Origin: Eledone cirrhosa
Taxonomy: Eukaryota
Assembly (NCBI GenBank): GCA_964016885.1
Contig: OZ024757.1
Location: 42,718,001 to 42,782,000 of the forward strand
Reading direction: 5' to 3'
Length of the DNA: 64,000 nt
The notes beneath the pieces are model-generated. The model was not told the DNA's origin. It was given only the letters and a program-made list of their open reading frames with translations, and ran no database searches. Shown here piece by piece: positions 1-13,700 of this stretch (position 1 is its first letter; each line of letters opens with the position of its first letter). Both the position numbers and the translations under genes were made by a program.

Positions 1-487
1 AGTGCGCATGCGCCAGAGACGCCGAACCGTACTGCGCATGCGCAAGGTCGCCGGACCATACTGCGCATGCGCCAAGGCCGCCAGACTGTACTGCGCATGC
101 GTCAAAGTCGCAGTACCGAACTGCGCATGCGCCAAAGACGCCGAACCGTCGTGCCATTGCGCCAAGACCGCCGAAACGTACTGCACACGCGCCGAGGCGG
201 CCGGATCGTACTGCGCATGCCCCAAGGCCGCCGGACCGTAGTGCGCATGCGTCAAGGCCGCCAGACCGTAGTGCGCATGCGCCAAGGCCGCCGAAGCGTA
301 CTGCGCATGCGCCAAGGCCGCCGACCCTTAGTGCGCATGCGCCAAGGCCGCCGACCATTAGTGCGCATGCGCCAAAACCGCTGGACCGTAGTGCGCATGC
401 GCCCAGACAACCGGATCGTACTGCGCATGCGCCAAGGCCGCCGTCGTAGTGCGCATGCACCAAGGCCGCCGCACCTTTGTGCGCATG

Positions 488-597
488 CGGTTCGGCGGCC
501 TGGCGCATGCGCACTACGGTTCGGCGGCTTTGACGCATGCGCACTACGTTCCAGCAGCCTTGGCGCACGCGCACTACGGTCCGGCGGTCTTGGCGCA
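488..597 (-). repeat. Short inverted patch (~4 monomers) of the 30-bp satellite
   Basis: Reads CGGTTCGGCGGCC...GCACTACGGT... (reverse-complement monomers) and reverts to forward at the GCGCATGCGC centre 597/598. Confidence 0.93.
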
Positions 598-3500
598 TGC
601 GCCAAGACCGCCGGACCATACTGCGCATGCGCCGTGGGCGCCGGACCGTAGTGCGCATGCGCCAAGGCCGCCGGACCGTAGTGCGCATGCGCCAAGGCCG
701 CCGGACCGTAGTGCGCATGCGCCAAGGCCGACTGACTACTGCGCATGTCATCGTCGCAGTACCGAACTGCGCATGCTCCAAGTAGTGCGCATGCTCCAAG
801 ACCGCCGGATCTTACTGCGCAGGCCCCAAGGTCGTCGGACCGTTGTGCGCATGCGCCAAAGCCGCCAACCCGTAGTGCACATGCGCCAAGACCGCCGGAC
901 CATACTGCGCATGCGCCAAGGCCGCCGGAGCGTAGTGCTCATGCGTCAAGGCCGCCTGACTGTACTGCGCATGCGTCAAGGTCGCAGTACCGAACTGCGC
1001 ATGCGCCAAATTCGCCGGACCGCAATGCGCATGCGCCAAATTCGCCGGACCGCAGTGCGCATGCGCCAAATTCGCCGGACCGCAGTGCGCATGCGCCAAA
1101 GCCGCCGGACCGCAGTGCGCATGCGCCAAAGCCGCTGGACCGTACTGCGCATGCGCCAAGGCCGCCGGACCGTAGGGCACATGCGCCAAAGACGCCGAAC
1201 CGTCGTGCCCATGCGCCAAGACCGCCAGCTTGTACTGCGTATGCCCCAAGGCCGCCGCACCGTAGTGCGCATGCGACAAGGCCGCAGTACCGTAGTGCGC
1301 ATGCGCCAAGGCCACCGGACCGTAGTACGCATGAGCCAAGGCCGCCGGACCGTAGTGCGCATGCGCCAAAGACGCCGAACCGTCGTGCCCATTCGCCAAG
1401 AACGCCGGACCGTACTGCGCATGCGCCAAGGCCGCCGAACCGTACTGCGCATGCGCCAAAGCCGCCTACCCGTGGTGCGCATGCGCCAAAGCAGCCGGAC
1501 CGTAGTGCGCATGCGCCAAGGCCACCGGACCGTACTGCGCATGCTCCAAGACCGCCGGATCGTACTGCGCCTGCCCCAAGGCCATCGGACCGTAGTGCGC
1601 ATGTGCCAAGGCCGCCAGACCGTAGAGCGCATGCGCCAAGACCGCCGAACCGTACTGCGCATGCGCCAAGGCCGCCGAACCGTACTGGCATGCGCCAAAG
1701 CCGCCAAACCGTAGAGCGCATGCGCCAAAGCCGCTGGACCGTAGTGCGCATGCGCCAAGGCCGCATGACCGTAGTGCGCATGCGCCAAAGCCGCTGGACC
1801 GTAGTGCGCATGCGACAAGGCCGCAGTACCGTAGTGCGCATGCGCCAAGTCCATCGGACCGTAGTGCGCATGAACCAAGGCCGCCGGACCGTAGTGCGCA
1901 TGCGCCAAGGCCACCGGACCGTACTGCGCATGCGCCAAGGCCGCCGGACCGTAGTTCGCATGCGCCAGAGCCGCAGAACCGTAGTGCACATGCGCCAAGC
2001 CCGCCGGACCGTAGTTCGCATGCGCCAGAGCCGCAGAACCGTAGTGCGCATGCGCCAAGGCCGCCAGTCCGTAGTGCGCATGCGCCAGAGCCGCCGAACC
2101 GTGGTGCGCATGTGCCAAGGCCGCCGGACCATACTGCGCATGCGCCAAGGCCGCCGGACCGTAGTGCGCATGCGCCAAGGCCGCCGGACCGTAGTGCGCA
2201 TGCGCCAAGCCCGCTGGACCGTAGTGCGCATGCGCCAAGGCCGCCTGACTGTACTGCGCATGCGTCAAAGTCGCAGTACCGAACTGCGCATGCGGTAAGG
2301 CCGCCGGACCGTACTGCACATGCGCCAAGTTCGCCGGACCTTAGTGCGCATGCGCCAAAGACGCCGAACCGTCGTGCCCATGCGCCAAGACAACCGGACC
2401 GTACTGCGCATGCGCCAAGGCCGCCGAACCGTACTGCGCATGCGCCAAAGCCGCCGACGCGTAGTGCGCATGCGCCAAAGCCGCCGACGCGTAGTGCGCA
2501 TGCGCCAAAGCAGCCGGACCGTAGTGCGCATGCGCCAAGGCCACCGGACCGTACTGCGCCTGCCCCAAGGCCATCGGACCATAGTGCGCATGTGCCAAGG
2601 CCGCCAGACCGTAGTGCGCATGCTCCAAGACCGCCGGATCTTACTGCGCATGCCCCAAGGCCGTCGGAGCGTAGTGCGCATATGCCAAGCCGCCCGACCG
2701 TAGTGCGCATGCGCCAAGGCCGCCGGACCGTAGTGCGCATGCGCCAAGGCCACCTAACTACTGCGCATGCGTCGAGGTCGCAATACCGAACTGCGCATGC
2801 GCTAAGGCCGCCGGACCGTACTGCGCATGCGCCAAGGCCGCCGGACCGTAGTGCGCATGCGTCAAGGCCGCCGGACCATACTGTGCATGCGCCGCGGCCG
2901 CCGAACGGTAGTGCGCATGCGCCAAGGCCGCCTGGTTGTACTGCGCATGCGCCAAGGCCGCCGGACCGTAGTGCGAATGGACCAAGGCGGCCTGACTGTA
3001 CTGCGCATGCGTCAAGGCCGCAGTACCGAACTGCGTATGGGCTAAGGCCGCCACCGTACTGCGCATGCGCCAAGGCCGCCGGACCGTACTGCGCATGCGC
3101 CAAGGCCGCCGGACCATACTGCGCATGCGCCAAGGCCGCCGGACCGTAGTGCTCGTGCGCCAAGGCCGCCTAACTGTACTGCGCATGCGTCAAGGTTGCA
3201 GTACAGAACTGCGCATGCGCTAACGCCGTCGGACCGTACTGCGCATGCGCTAACGCCGTCGGACCGTAGTGCGCATGCGCCAAACCCGCCGAACCGTAGT
3301 GCGCATGCGCCAAGGCCGCCTGACTGTACTGCGCATGAGTCAAGGTCGCAGTACCGGACTGCGCATGCGCTAAGGCAGTCGGACCGTAGTGCGCATGCGC
3401 CAAAGCCGCCGGACCATACTGCGCATGCGCCAAGGCCGCCGGACCGTAGTGCGCATGCGCCAAGGCCGCCTGACTGTACTGCGCATGCGTCAAGGCCGCA

Positions 3501-4348
3501 GTACCGAACTGCTCATGCGCTAAGGCCGCCGGACCGTAGTGCGCATGCTCCAAGACCGCCGGATCTTACTGCGCATGCCCCAAGGCCGTCGGACCGTAGT
3601 GCGCAAGTGCCAAGGCCGCCAGACCGTAGTGCGCAAGTGCCAAGGCCGCCAGACCGTAGTGCGCATGCGCCAAGACCGCCGAACCGTACTGCGCATGCGC
3701 CAAGGCCGCCGAACCGTACTGCGCATGCGCCAAAGCCGCCGAACCGTAGAGCGCATGCGCCAAAGCCGCTGGACCGTAGTGCGCATGCGCCAAGTCCGCA
3801 TGACCGTAGTGCGTCAAGGCCGCCCAACCGTAGTGCGCATGGGCCAAAGCCGCCCGACCGTACTGCGCATGCTACAAGCCGCAGTACCGTACTGCGCATG
3901 CGACAAGTCCGCAGTACCGTAGTGCGCATGCGCCAATGCCACCGGACCGTTGTGCGCATGAGCCAAGGCCGCCGGACCGTACTGCGCATGCGCCAAGGCC
4001 GCCGGACCGTAGTTCGCATGCGCCAGAGCCGCCGAACCGTAGTGCACATGCGCCAAGCCCGCCGGACCGTAGTTCGCATGCGCCAGAGCCGCAGAACCGT
4101 AGTGCGCATGCGCAAGAGCCGCCGAACCGTGGTGCGCATGTGCCAAGGCTGCCGGACCATACTGCGCATGCGCCAAGGCCGCCGGACCATACTGCGCATG
4201 CGCCAAGGCCGCCGACCCTTAGTGCGCATGCGCCAAAACCGCTGGACCGTAGTGCGCATGCGCCCAGACCATCGGATCGTACTGCGCATGCGCCAAGGCC
4301 GCCGTCGTAGTGCGCATGCACCAAGGCCGCCGCACCTTTGTGCGCATG

Positions 4349-4458
4349 CGGTTCGGCGGCCTGGCGCATGCGCACTACGGTTCGGCGGCTTTGACGCATG
4401 CGCACTACGTTCCAGCAGCCTTGGCGCACGCGCACTACGGTCCGGCGGTCTTGGCGCA
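4349..4458 (-). repeat. Second copy of the short inverted patch
   Basis: Same sequence as 488-597 at offset 3,861 (ORF starts 449 vs 4310 give the same offset). Confidence 0.93.
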
Positions 4459-4761
4459 TGCGCCAAGGCCGCCGGACCGTAGTGCGCATGCGCCGTGGGC
4501 GCCGGACCGTAGTGCGCATGCGCCAAGGCCGCCTGACTGTACTGCGCATGCGCCAAGGTCGCCGGACCGTACTGCGCATGCGCCAAGGCCGCCGGACCGT
4601 AGTGCGCATGCGCCAAAGCCGCCGAAGCGTACTGCGCATGCGCCAAGGCCGCAGGACCGTACTGCGCATGCGCCAAGGCCACCGGACCGCAGTGCGCATG
4701 CGCCAGAGCCGCCGAGCCGTAGTGCGCATGCGCCAAGTTCGCCGGACCATACTGCGCATGC

Positions 4762-7700
4762 GCCAAGCCCGCCGGACCGTACTGCACATGCGCCAAGGCC
4801 GCGGGATCGTACTGCACCTGCCCCAAGGCCATCGGACCGTAGTGCGCATGTGCCAAGGCCGCCAGACCGTAGTGCGCATGCTCCAAGACCGCCGGATCTT
4901 ACTGCGCAGGCCCCAAGGTCGTCGGACCGTTGTGCGCATGTGCCAAGGCCGCCAGACCGTAGTGCGTATGCGCCAAGGCCGCCGAACCGTACTGCGCATG
5001 CGCCAAGGCCGCCGAACCGTACTGCGCAGGCGCCAAGCCCGCCGGACCGTAGTGCGCATGCGCCAAGGCCGCCTGACTGTACTGCACATGCGTCAAAGTC
5101 GCAGTACCGAACTGCGCATGCGCTAAGGCCCCGGACCGTACTGCACATGCGCCAAGGCCGCCGTAACGTAGTGCGCATGCGCCAAAGACGCCGAACCGTC
5201 GTGCCCATGCGCCAAGACCGCCGGACCGTACTGCGCATGCGCCAAAGCCGCTGACCCGTAGTGCGCATGCGCCCAGACCGCCGGACCATACTGCGCATGC
5301 GCCAAGGCCGCCGGAGCGTAGTGCTCATGCGTCAAGGCCGCCTGACTGTACTGCGCATGCGTCAAGGTCGCAGTACCGAACTGCGCATGCGCCAAGGCCG
5401 CCGGACCGCAGAGCACATGCGCCAAATTCGCCGGACCGCAGTGCGCATGCGCCAAATTCGCCGGACCGCAGTGCGCATGCGCCAAGGCCGCCGGACCGTA
5501 GGGCACATGCGCCAAAGACGCCGAACCGTCGTGCCCATGCGCCAAGACCGCCAGATCGTACTGCGCATGCCCCAAGGCCGCCGCACCGTAGTGCGCATGC
5601 GACAAGGCCGCAGTACCGTAGTGCGCATGCGCCAAGGCCACCGGACCGTAGTGCGCATGAGCCAAGGCCGCCGGACCGTAGTGCGCATGCGCCAAAGCAG
5701 CCGGACCGTAGTGCGCATGCGCCAAGGCCACCGGACCGTACTGCGCATGCGCCAAGGCCACCGGACCGTACTGCGCATGCGCCAAAGCCGCCGACCCGTG
5801 GTGCGCATGCGCCAAAGCAGCCGGACCGTAGTGCACATGCGCCAAGGCCGCCGGACCGTAGTGCGCATGCGCCAGAGCCGCCGAACCGTGGTGCGCATGT
5901 GCCAAAGCCGCCGGACCATACTGCGCATGCGCCAAGGCCGCCGGACCGTAGTGCGCATGCGCCAAGGCCGCCGGACCGTAGTGCGCATGCGCCAAGGCCG
6001 CCTAACTGTACTGCGCATGCGTCAAGGTCGCAGTACCGTACTGCGCATGCGCTAAGGCCGCCGGACCGTACTGCGCATGCGCCAAGGCCGCTGGACCGAA
6101 GTGCGCATGCGCCAAAGCCGTAGTGCGCATGCGCCAAGACCGCCGGACCAGACTGCGCATGCGCCAAGGCCGCCGGACCGTACTGCGCATGCGTCAAGGT
6201 CGCAGTACCGTACTGCGCATGCGTCAAGACCACAGTACCGAACTGCGCATGCGCTAAGGCCGCCGGACCGTAGTGCGCATGCGCCAAGGCCGCCTGGTTG
6301 TACTGCGCATGCCCCAAGGCCGCCCGACCGTAGTGCGCATGCGCCAAGGCCGCCTGACTGTACTGCGCATGAGTCAAGGTCGCAGTACCGAACTGCGCAT
6401 GCGCCAAGGCAGCCGGACCGTAGTGCGCATGCGCCAAAGCCGCCGAACCGTAGTGCGCATGCGCCCAAGCCGCCGGACCGTAGTGCGCATGCGCCAAGGC
6501 CACCGGACCGTACTGCGCATGCTCCAAGGCCGCCGGACCGTAGTTCGCATGCGCCAGAGCCGCAGAACCGTAGTGCACATGCCCCAAGCCCGCCGGACCG
6601 TAGTGCGCATGTTCCAAGACCGCCGGATCTTACTGCGCATGCCCCAAGGCCGTCGGACCGTAGTGCGCAAGTGCCAAGGTCGCCAGACCGTAGTGCGCAT
6701 GCGCCAAGACCGCCGAACCGTACTGCGCATGCGCCAGGGCCGCCGAACCGTACTGCGCATGCGGCAAAGCCGCCGAACCGTAGTGCGCATGCGCCAAGGC
6801 CGCATGACCGTAGTGCGCCAAGGCCGCCCAACCGTAGTGCGCATGGGCCAACTCGCCCGACCGTACTGCGTATGCGCCAGAGCCGCCGAACCGTAGTGCA
6901 CATGCGCCAAGCCCGCCGGACCGTAGTGCGCATGCGCCAAGCCCGCCGGACCTTAGTGCGCATGCGCCAAGGCCGCCTGACGTAACTGCGCATGCGTCAA
7001 GGTCCAAGTACCGAACTGCGCATGCGCTAAGGCCACCGGACCGTACTGCGCATGCGCCAAGGCCGCTGGACCGTAGTGCGCATGCGAAAAGGCCGCCGGA
7101 CCATACTGCGCATGCGCCAAAGCCGCCGGACTGTAGTGCGCATGCGCCAAGACCGCCAACCTGTACTGCGCATGCGCCAAGGCCGCCGGACCGTAGTGCG
7201 CATGCGCCAAGGCCACCTAACTGTACTGCGCATGCGTCAAGGTCGCAGTACTGAACTGCGCATGCGCTAAGGCCGCAGGACCGTACTGCGCATGCGCCAA
7301 GGCCCCCGGACCTCAGTGCGCATGCGCCAGAGCCGCCGAACCGTAGTGCACATACGCCAAGCCCGCCGGACCGTAGTGCGCATGCGCCAAGGCCGCCTGA
7401 CTGTACTGCGCATGCGTCAAAGTCGCAGTACCGAACTGCGCATGCGGTAAGACCGCCGGACCGTACTGCACATGCGCCAAGTTCGCCGGACCTTAGTGCG
7501 CATGCGCCAAAGACGCCGAACCGTCGTGCCCATGCGCCAAGACAACCGGACCGTACTGCGCATGCGCCAAGGCCGCCGAACCGTACTGCGCATGCGCCAA
7601 AGCCGCCGACGCGTAGTGCGCATGCGCCAAATCAGCCGGACCGTAGTGCGCATGCGCCAAATCAGCCGGACCGTAGTGCGCATGCGCCAAGGCCACCGGA

Positions 7701-10700
7701 CCGTACTGCGCATGCTCCAAGACCGCCGGATCGTACTGCGCCTGCCCCAAGGCCATCGGACCATAGTGCGCATGTGCCAAGGCCGCCAGACCGTAGTGCG
7801 CATGCTCCAAGACCGCCGAACCGTAGTGCGCATGCGCCATGACCGCCGAACCGTACTGCGCATGCGCCAAGGCCGCCGGACCGTAGGGCACATGCGCCAA
7901 AGACGCCGAACCGTCGTGCCCATGCGCCAAGACCGCCAGATCGTACTGCGCATGCCCCAAGGCCGCCGCACCGTAGTGCGCATGCGACAAGGCCGCAGTA
8001 CCGTAGTGCGCATGCGCCAAGACCGCTGGACCATACTGCGCATGCGCCGTGGGCGCTGACCGTAGTGCGCATGCGCCAAGGCCGCCGGACCGTAGTGCGC
8101 ATGCGCCAAGGCCGCCGGACCGTAGTGCGCATGCGCTAAGGCCGCCGGACCGTAGTGCGCATGCGCCAAGGCCGACTGACTACTGCGCATGTCATCGTCG
8201 CAGTACCGAACTGCGCATGCAGTAAGGCCGCCGGACCGTACTGCGCATGCGCCAAGGCCGCTTGACTGTACTGCGCATGCGTCAAGGTCGCCGGACCGTA
8301 CTGCGCATGCGCCAAGGCCGCCGGACCGTACTGCGCATGCGCCAAGGCCGCCGGACCGTAGTGCGCATGCGCCGAAGCGTACTGCGCATGCGTCAAGGCC
8401 GCCGGACCGTACTGCGCATGCGTCAAGGTCCCAGTACCGAACTGCGCATGCGCCAAGGCCGCAGGACCGTACTGCGCATGCGCCAAGGCCACCGGACCGT
8501 GGTGCGCATGTGCCAAGGCTGCCGGACCATACTGCGCATGCGCCAAGGCCGCCGGACCATACTGCGCATGCGCCAAGGCCGCCGGACCATACTGCGCATG
8601 CGCCAAGGCCGCCGGACCGTAGTGCGCATGCGCCAAGGCCGCCAGACCGTAGTGCGCATGCGCCAAGGCCGCCGAACCGTACTGCGCATGCGCCAAGGCC
8701 GCCGACCCTTAGTGCACATGCGCCAAAACCGCCGGATCTTACTGCGCAGGCCCCAAGGTCGTCGGACCGTTGTGCGCATGCGCCAAAGCCGCCGACCCGT
8801 AGTGCACATGCGCCAAGACCGCCGGACCATACTGCGCATGCGCCAAGGCCGCCGGAGCGTAGTGCTCATGCGTCAAGGCCGCCTGACTGTACTGCGCATG
8901 CGTCAAGGTCGCAGTACCTAACTGCGCATGCGCCAAATTCGCCGGACCGCAATGCGCATGCGCCAAATTCGCCGGACCGCAGTGCGCATGCGCCAAATTC
9001 GCCGGACCGCAGTGCGCATGCGCCAAAGCCGCCGGACCGCAGTGCGCATGCGCCAAAGCCGCCGGACCGCAGTGCGCATGCGCCAAAGCCGCTGGACCGT
9101 ACTGCGAATGCGCCAAGGCCGCCGGACCGTAGGGCACATGCGCCAAAGACGCCGAACCGTCGTGCCCATGCGCCAAGACCGCCAGCTTGTACTACGCATG
9201 CCCCAAGGCCGCCGCACCGTAGTGCGCATGCGACAAGGCCGCAGTACCGTAGTGCGCATGCGCCAAGGCCACCGGACCGTAGTGCGCATGAGCCAAGGCC
9301 GCCGGACCGTAGTGCGCATGCGCCAAAGACGCCGAACCGTCGTGCCCATTCGCCAAGAACGCCGGACCGTACTGCGCATGCGCCAAGGCCGCCGAACCGT
9401 ACTGCGCATGCGCCAAAGCCGCCGACCCGTGGTGCGCATGCGCCAAAGCAGCCGGACCGTAGTGCGCATGCGCCAAGGCCACCGGACCGTACTGCGCATG
9501 CTCCAAGACCGCCGGATCGTACTGCGCCTGCCCCAAGGCCATCGGACCGTAGTGCGCATGTGCCAAGGCCGCCAGACCGTAGTGCGCATGCTCCAAGACC
9601 GCCGGATCTTACTGCGCATGCCCCAAGACCGTCGGACCGTAGTGCGCATGTGCCAAGGTCGCCAGACCGTAGTGCGCATGCGCCAAGGTCGCCAGACCGT
9701 AGAGCGCATGCGCCAAGACCGCCGAACCGTACTGCGCATGCGCCAAGGCCGCCGATCCGTACTGGCATGCGCCAAAGCCGCCGAACCGTAGAGCGCATGC
9801 GCCAAAGCCGCTGGACCGTAGTGCGCATGCGCCAAGGCCGCATGACCGTAGTGCGCATGCGCCAAAGCCGCTGGACCGTAGTGCGCATGCGACAAGGCCG
9901 CAGTACCGTAGTGCGCATGCGCCAAGTCCATCGGACCGTAGTGCGCATGAACCAAGGCCGCCGGACCGTAGTGCGCATGCGCCAAGGCCACCGGACCGTA
10001 CTGCGCATGCGCCAAGGCCGCCGGACCGTAGTTCGCATGCGCCAGAGCCGCAGAACCGTAGTGCACATGCGCCAAGCCCGCCGGACCGTAGTTCGCATGC
10101 GCCAGAGCCGCAGAACCGTAGTGCGCATGCGCCAAGGCCGCCGGACCGTAGTGCGCATGCGCCAGAGCCGCCGAACCGTGGTGCGCATGTGCCAAGGCCG
10201 CCGGACCATACTGCGCATGCGCCAAGGCCGCCGGACCGTAGTGCGCATGCGCCAAGGCCGCCGGACCGCAGTGCGCATGCGCCAAGGCCGCCTAACTGTA
10301 CTGCGCATGCGTCAAGGTCGCAGTACCGAACTGCGCATGCGCTAAGGCCGCCGGACCGTACTGCGCATGCGCCAAGGCCGCCTGGTTGTACTGCGCATGC
10401 CCCAAGGCCGCCCGACCGTAGTGCGCATGCGCCAAGGCCGCCTGACTGTACTGCGCATGAGTCAAGGTCGCAGTACCGAACTGCGCATGCGCCAAGGCAG
10501 CCGGACCGTAGTGCGCATGCGCCAAAGCCGCAGAACCGTAGTGCCCATGCGCCAAGCCCGCCGGACCGTAGTGCGCATGCTCCAAGACCGCCGGATCTTA
10601 CTGCGCATGCCCCAAGGCCGTCGGACCGTAGTGCGCAAGTGCCAAGGTCGCCAGACCGTAGTGCGCATGCGCCAAGACCGCCGAACCGTACTGCGCATGC

Positions 10701-13700
10701 GCCAAGGCCGCCGAACCGTACTGCGCATGCGCCAAAGCCGCCGAACCGTAGTGCGCATGCGCCAAGGCCGCATGACCCTAGTGCGCCAAGGCCGCCCAAC
10801 CGTAGTGCGCATGGGACAACTCGCCCGACCGTACTGCGCATGCGCCAGAGCCGCCGAACCGTAGTGCACATGCGCCAAGCCCGCCGGACCGTAGTGCGCA
10901 TGCGCCAAGCCCGCCGGACCGTAGTGCGCATGCGCCAAGGCCGCCTGACTGTACTGCGCATGCGTCAAGGTCCCAGTACCGAACTGCGCATGCGCTAAGG
11001 CCACCGGACCGTACTGCGCATGCGCCAAGGCCGCCGACCGTAGTGCGCATGCGAAAAGGCCGCCGGACCATACTGCGCATGCGCCAAAGCCGCCGGACTG
11101 TAGTGCGCATGCGCCAAGACCGCCTGACTGTACTGCGCATGCGCCAAGGCCGCCGGACCGTAGTGTGCATGCGCCAAGGCCACCTAACTGTACTGCGCAT
11201 GCGTCAAGGTCGCAATACTGAACTGCGCATGCGCTAAGGCCGCAGGACCGTACTGCGCATGCGCCAAGGCCCCCGGACCTCAGTGCGCATGCGCCAGAGC
11301 CGCCGAACCGTAGTGCACATACGCCAAGCCCGCCGGACCGTAGTGCGCATGCGCCAAGCCCGCCGGACCGTAGTGCGCATGCGCCAAGGCCGCCTGACTG
11401 TACTGCGCATGCGTCAAAGTCGCAGTACCGAACTGCTAATGCGGTAAGGCCGCCGGACCGTACTGCACATGCGCCAAGTTCGCCGGACCTTAGTGCGCAT
11501 GCGCCAAAGACGCCGAACCGTCGTGCCCATGCGCCAAGACAACCGGACCGTACTGCGCATGCGCCAAGGCCGCCGAACCGTACTGCGCATGCGCCAAAGC
11601 CGCCGACGCGTAGTGCGCATGCGCCAAAGCCGCCGACGCGTAGTGCGCATGCGCCAAAGCAGCCGGACCGTAGTGCGCATGCGCCAAGGCCACCGGACCG
11701 TACTGCGCCTGCCCCAAGGCCATCGGACCATAGTGCGCATGTGCCAATGCCGCCAGACCGTAGTGCGCATGCTCCAAGACCGCCGGATCTTACTGCGCAT
11801 GCCCCAAGGCCGTCGGAGCGTAGTGCGCATATGCCAAGCCGCCAGACCGTAGTGCGCATGCGCCAAGACTGCCGAACCGTACTGCGCATGCGCCAAGTCC
11901 GCCGAACCGTACTGCGCATGCGCCAAAGCCGACGAACCGTAGAGCGCATGCGCCAAAGCCGCTGGACCGTAGTGCGCATGCGCCAAGTCCGCATGACCGT
12001 AGTGCGCATGGGCCAAGGCCGCCCAACCGTAGTGCGCATGGGCCAAAGCCGCCTGACCGTACTGCGCATGCGAAAAGGCCGCAGTACCGTAGTGCGCATG
12101 CGCCAAGGCCACCGTACCGTAGTGCGCATGAGCCAAGGCCGCCGGACCGTACTGCGCATGCGCCAAGGCCGCCGGACCGTAGTTCGCATGCGCCAGAGCC
12201 GCCGAACCGTAGTGCACATGCGCCAAACCCGCCGGACCGTAGTGCGCATGCGCCAAGCCCGCCGGAACGTAGTGCGCATGCGCCAAGGCCGCCTGACTGT
12301 ACTGCGCATGCGTCAAGGTCCCAGTACCGAACTGCGCATGCGCTAAGGCCACCGGACCGTACTGCGCATGCGCCAAGGCCGCCGGACCGTGGTGCGCATT
12401 CGCCAAGGCCGCCGGACCATACTGCGCATGCGACAAAGCCGCCGGACCGTAGTGAGCATGCGCCAAGGCCGCCGGACCGTAGTGCGCATGCGCCAAGGCC
12501 ACCTAACTACTGCGCATGCGTCGAGGTCGCAATACCGAACTGCGCATGCGCTAAGGCCGCCGGACCGTACTGCGCATGCGCCAAGGCCGCCGGACCGTAG
12601 TGCGCATGCGCCGAACCGTAGTGCGCATGCGTCAAGGCCGCCGGACCATACTGTGCATGCGCCGCGGCCGCCGAACGGTAGTGCGCATGCGCCAAGGCCG
12701 CCTGGTTGTACTGCGCATGCGCCAAGGCCGCCGGACCGTAGTGCGAATGGACCAAGGCCGCCTGACTGTACTGCGCATGCGTCAAGGCCGCAGTACCGAA
12801 CTGCGTATGGGCTAAGGCCGCCGGACCGTACTGCGCATGCGCCAAGGCCGCCGGACCATACTGCGCATGCGCCAAGGCCGCCGGACCGTAGTGCTCGTGC
12901 GCCAAGGCCGCCTAACTGTACTGCGCATGCGTCAAGGTTGCAGTACAGAACTGCGCATGCGCTAACGCCGTCGGACCGTACTGCGCATGCGCTAACGCCG
13001 TCGGACCGTAGTGCGCATGCGCCAAACCCGCCGAACCGTAGTGCGCATGCGCCAAGGCCGCCTGACTGTACTGCGCATGAGTCAAGGTCGCAGTACCGAA
13101 CTGCGCATGCGCTAAGGCAGCCGGACCGTAGTGCGCATGCGCCAAAGCCGCCGGACCATACTGCGCATGCGCCAAGGCCGCCGGACCGTAGTGCGCATGC
13201 GCCAAGCCCGCCGGACCGTACTGCACATGCGCCAAGGCCGCCGGATCGTACTGCACCTGCGCCAAGGCCATCGGACCGTAGTGCGCATGTGCCAAGGCCG
13301 CCAGACCGTAGTGCGCATGCTCCAAGACCGCCGGATCTTACTGCGCAGGCCCCAAGGTCGTCGGACCGTTGTGCGCATGTGCCAAGGCCGCCAGACCGTA
13401 GTGCGTATGCGCCAAGGCCGCCGAACCGTACTACGCATGCGCCAAGGCCGCCGAACCGTACTGCGCAGGCGCCAAGCCCGCCGGACCGTAGTGCGCATGC
13501 GCCAAGGCCGCCTGACTGTACTGCACATGCGTCAAAGTCGCAGTACCGAACTGCGCATGCGCTAAGGCCCCGGACCGTACTGCACATGCGCCAAGGCCGC
13601 CGTAACGTAGTGCGCATGCGCCAAAGACGCCGAACCGTCGTGCCCATGCGCCAAGACCGCCGGACCGTACTGCGCATGCGCCAAGGCCGCCGAACCGTAC

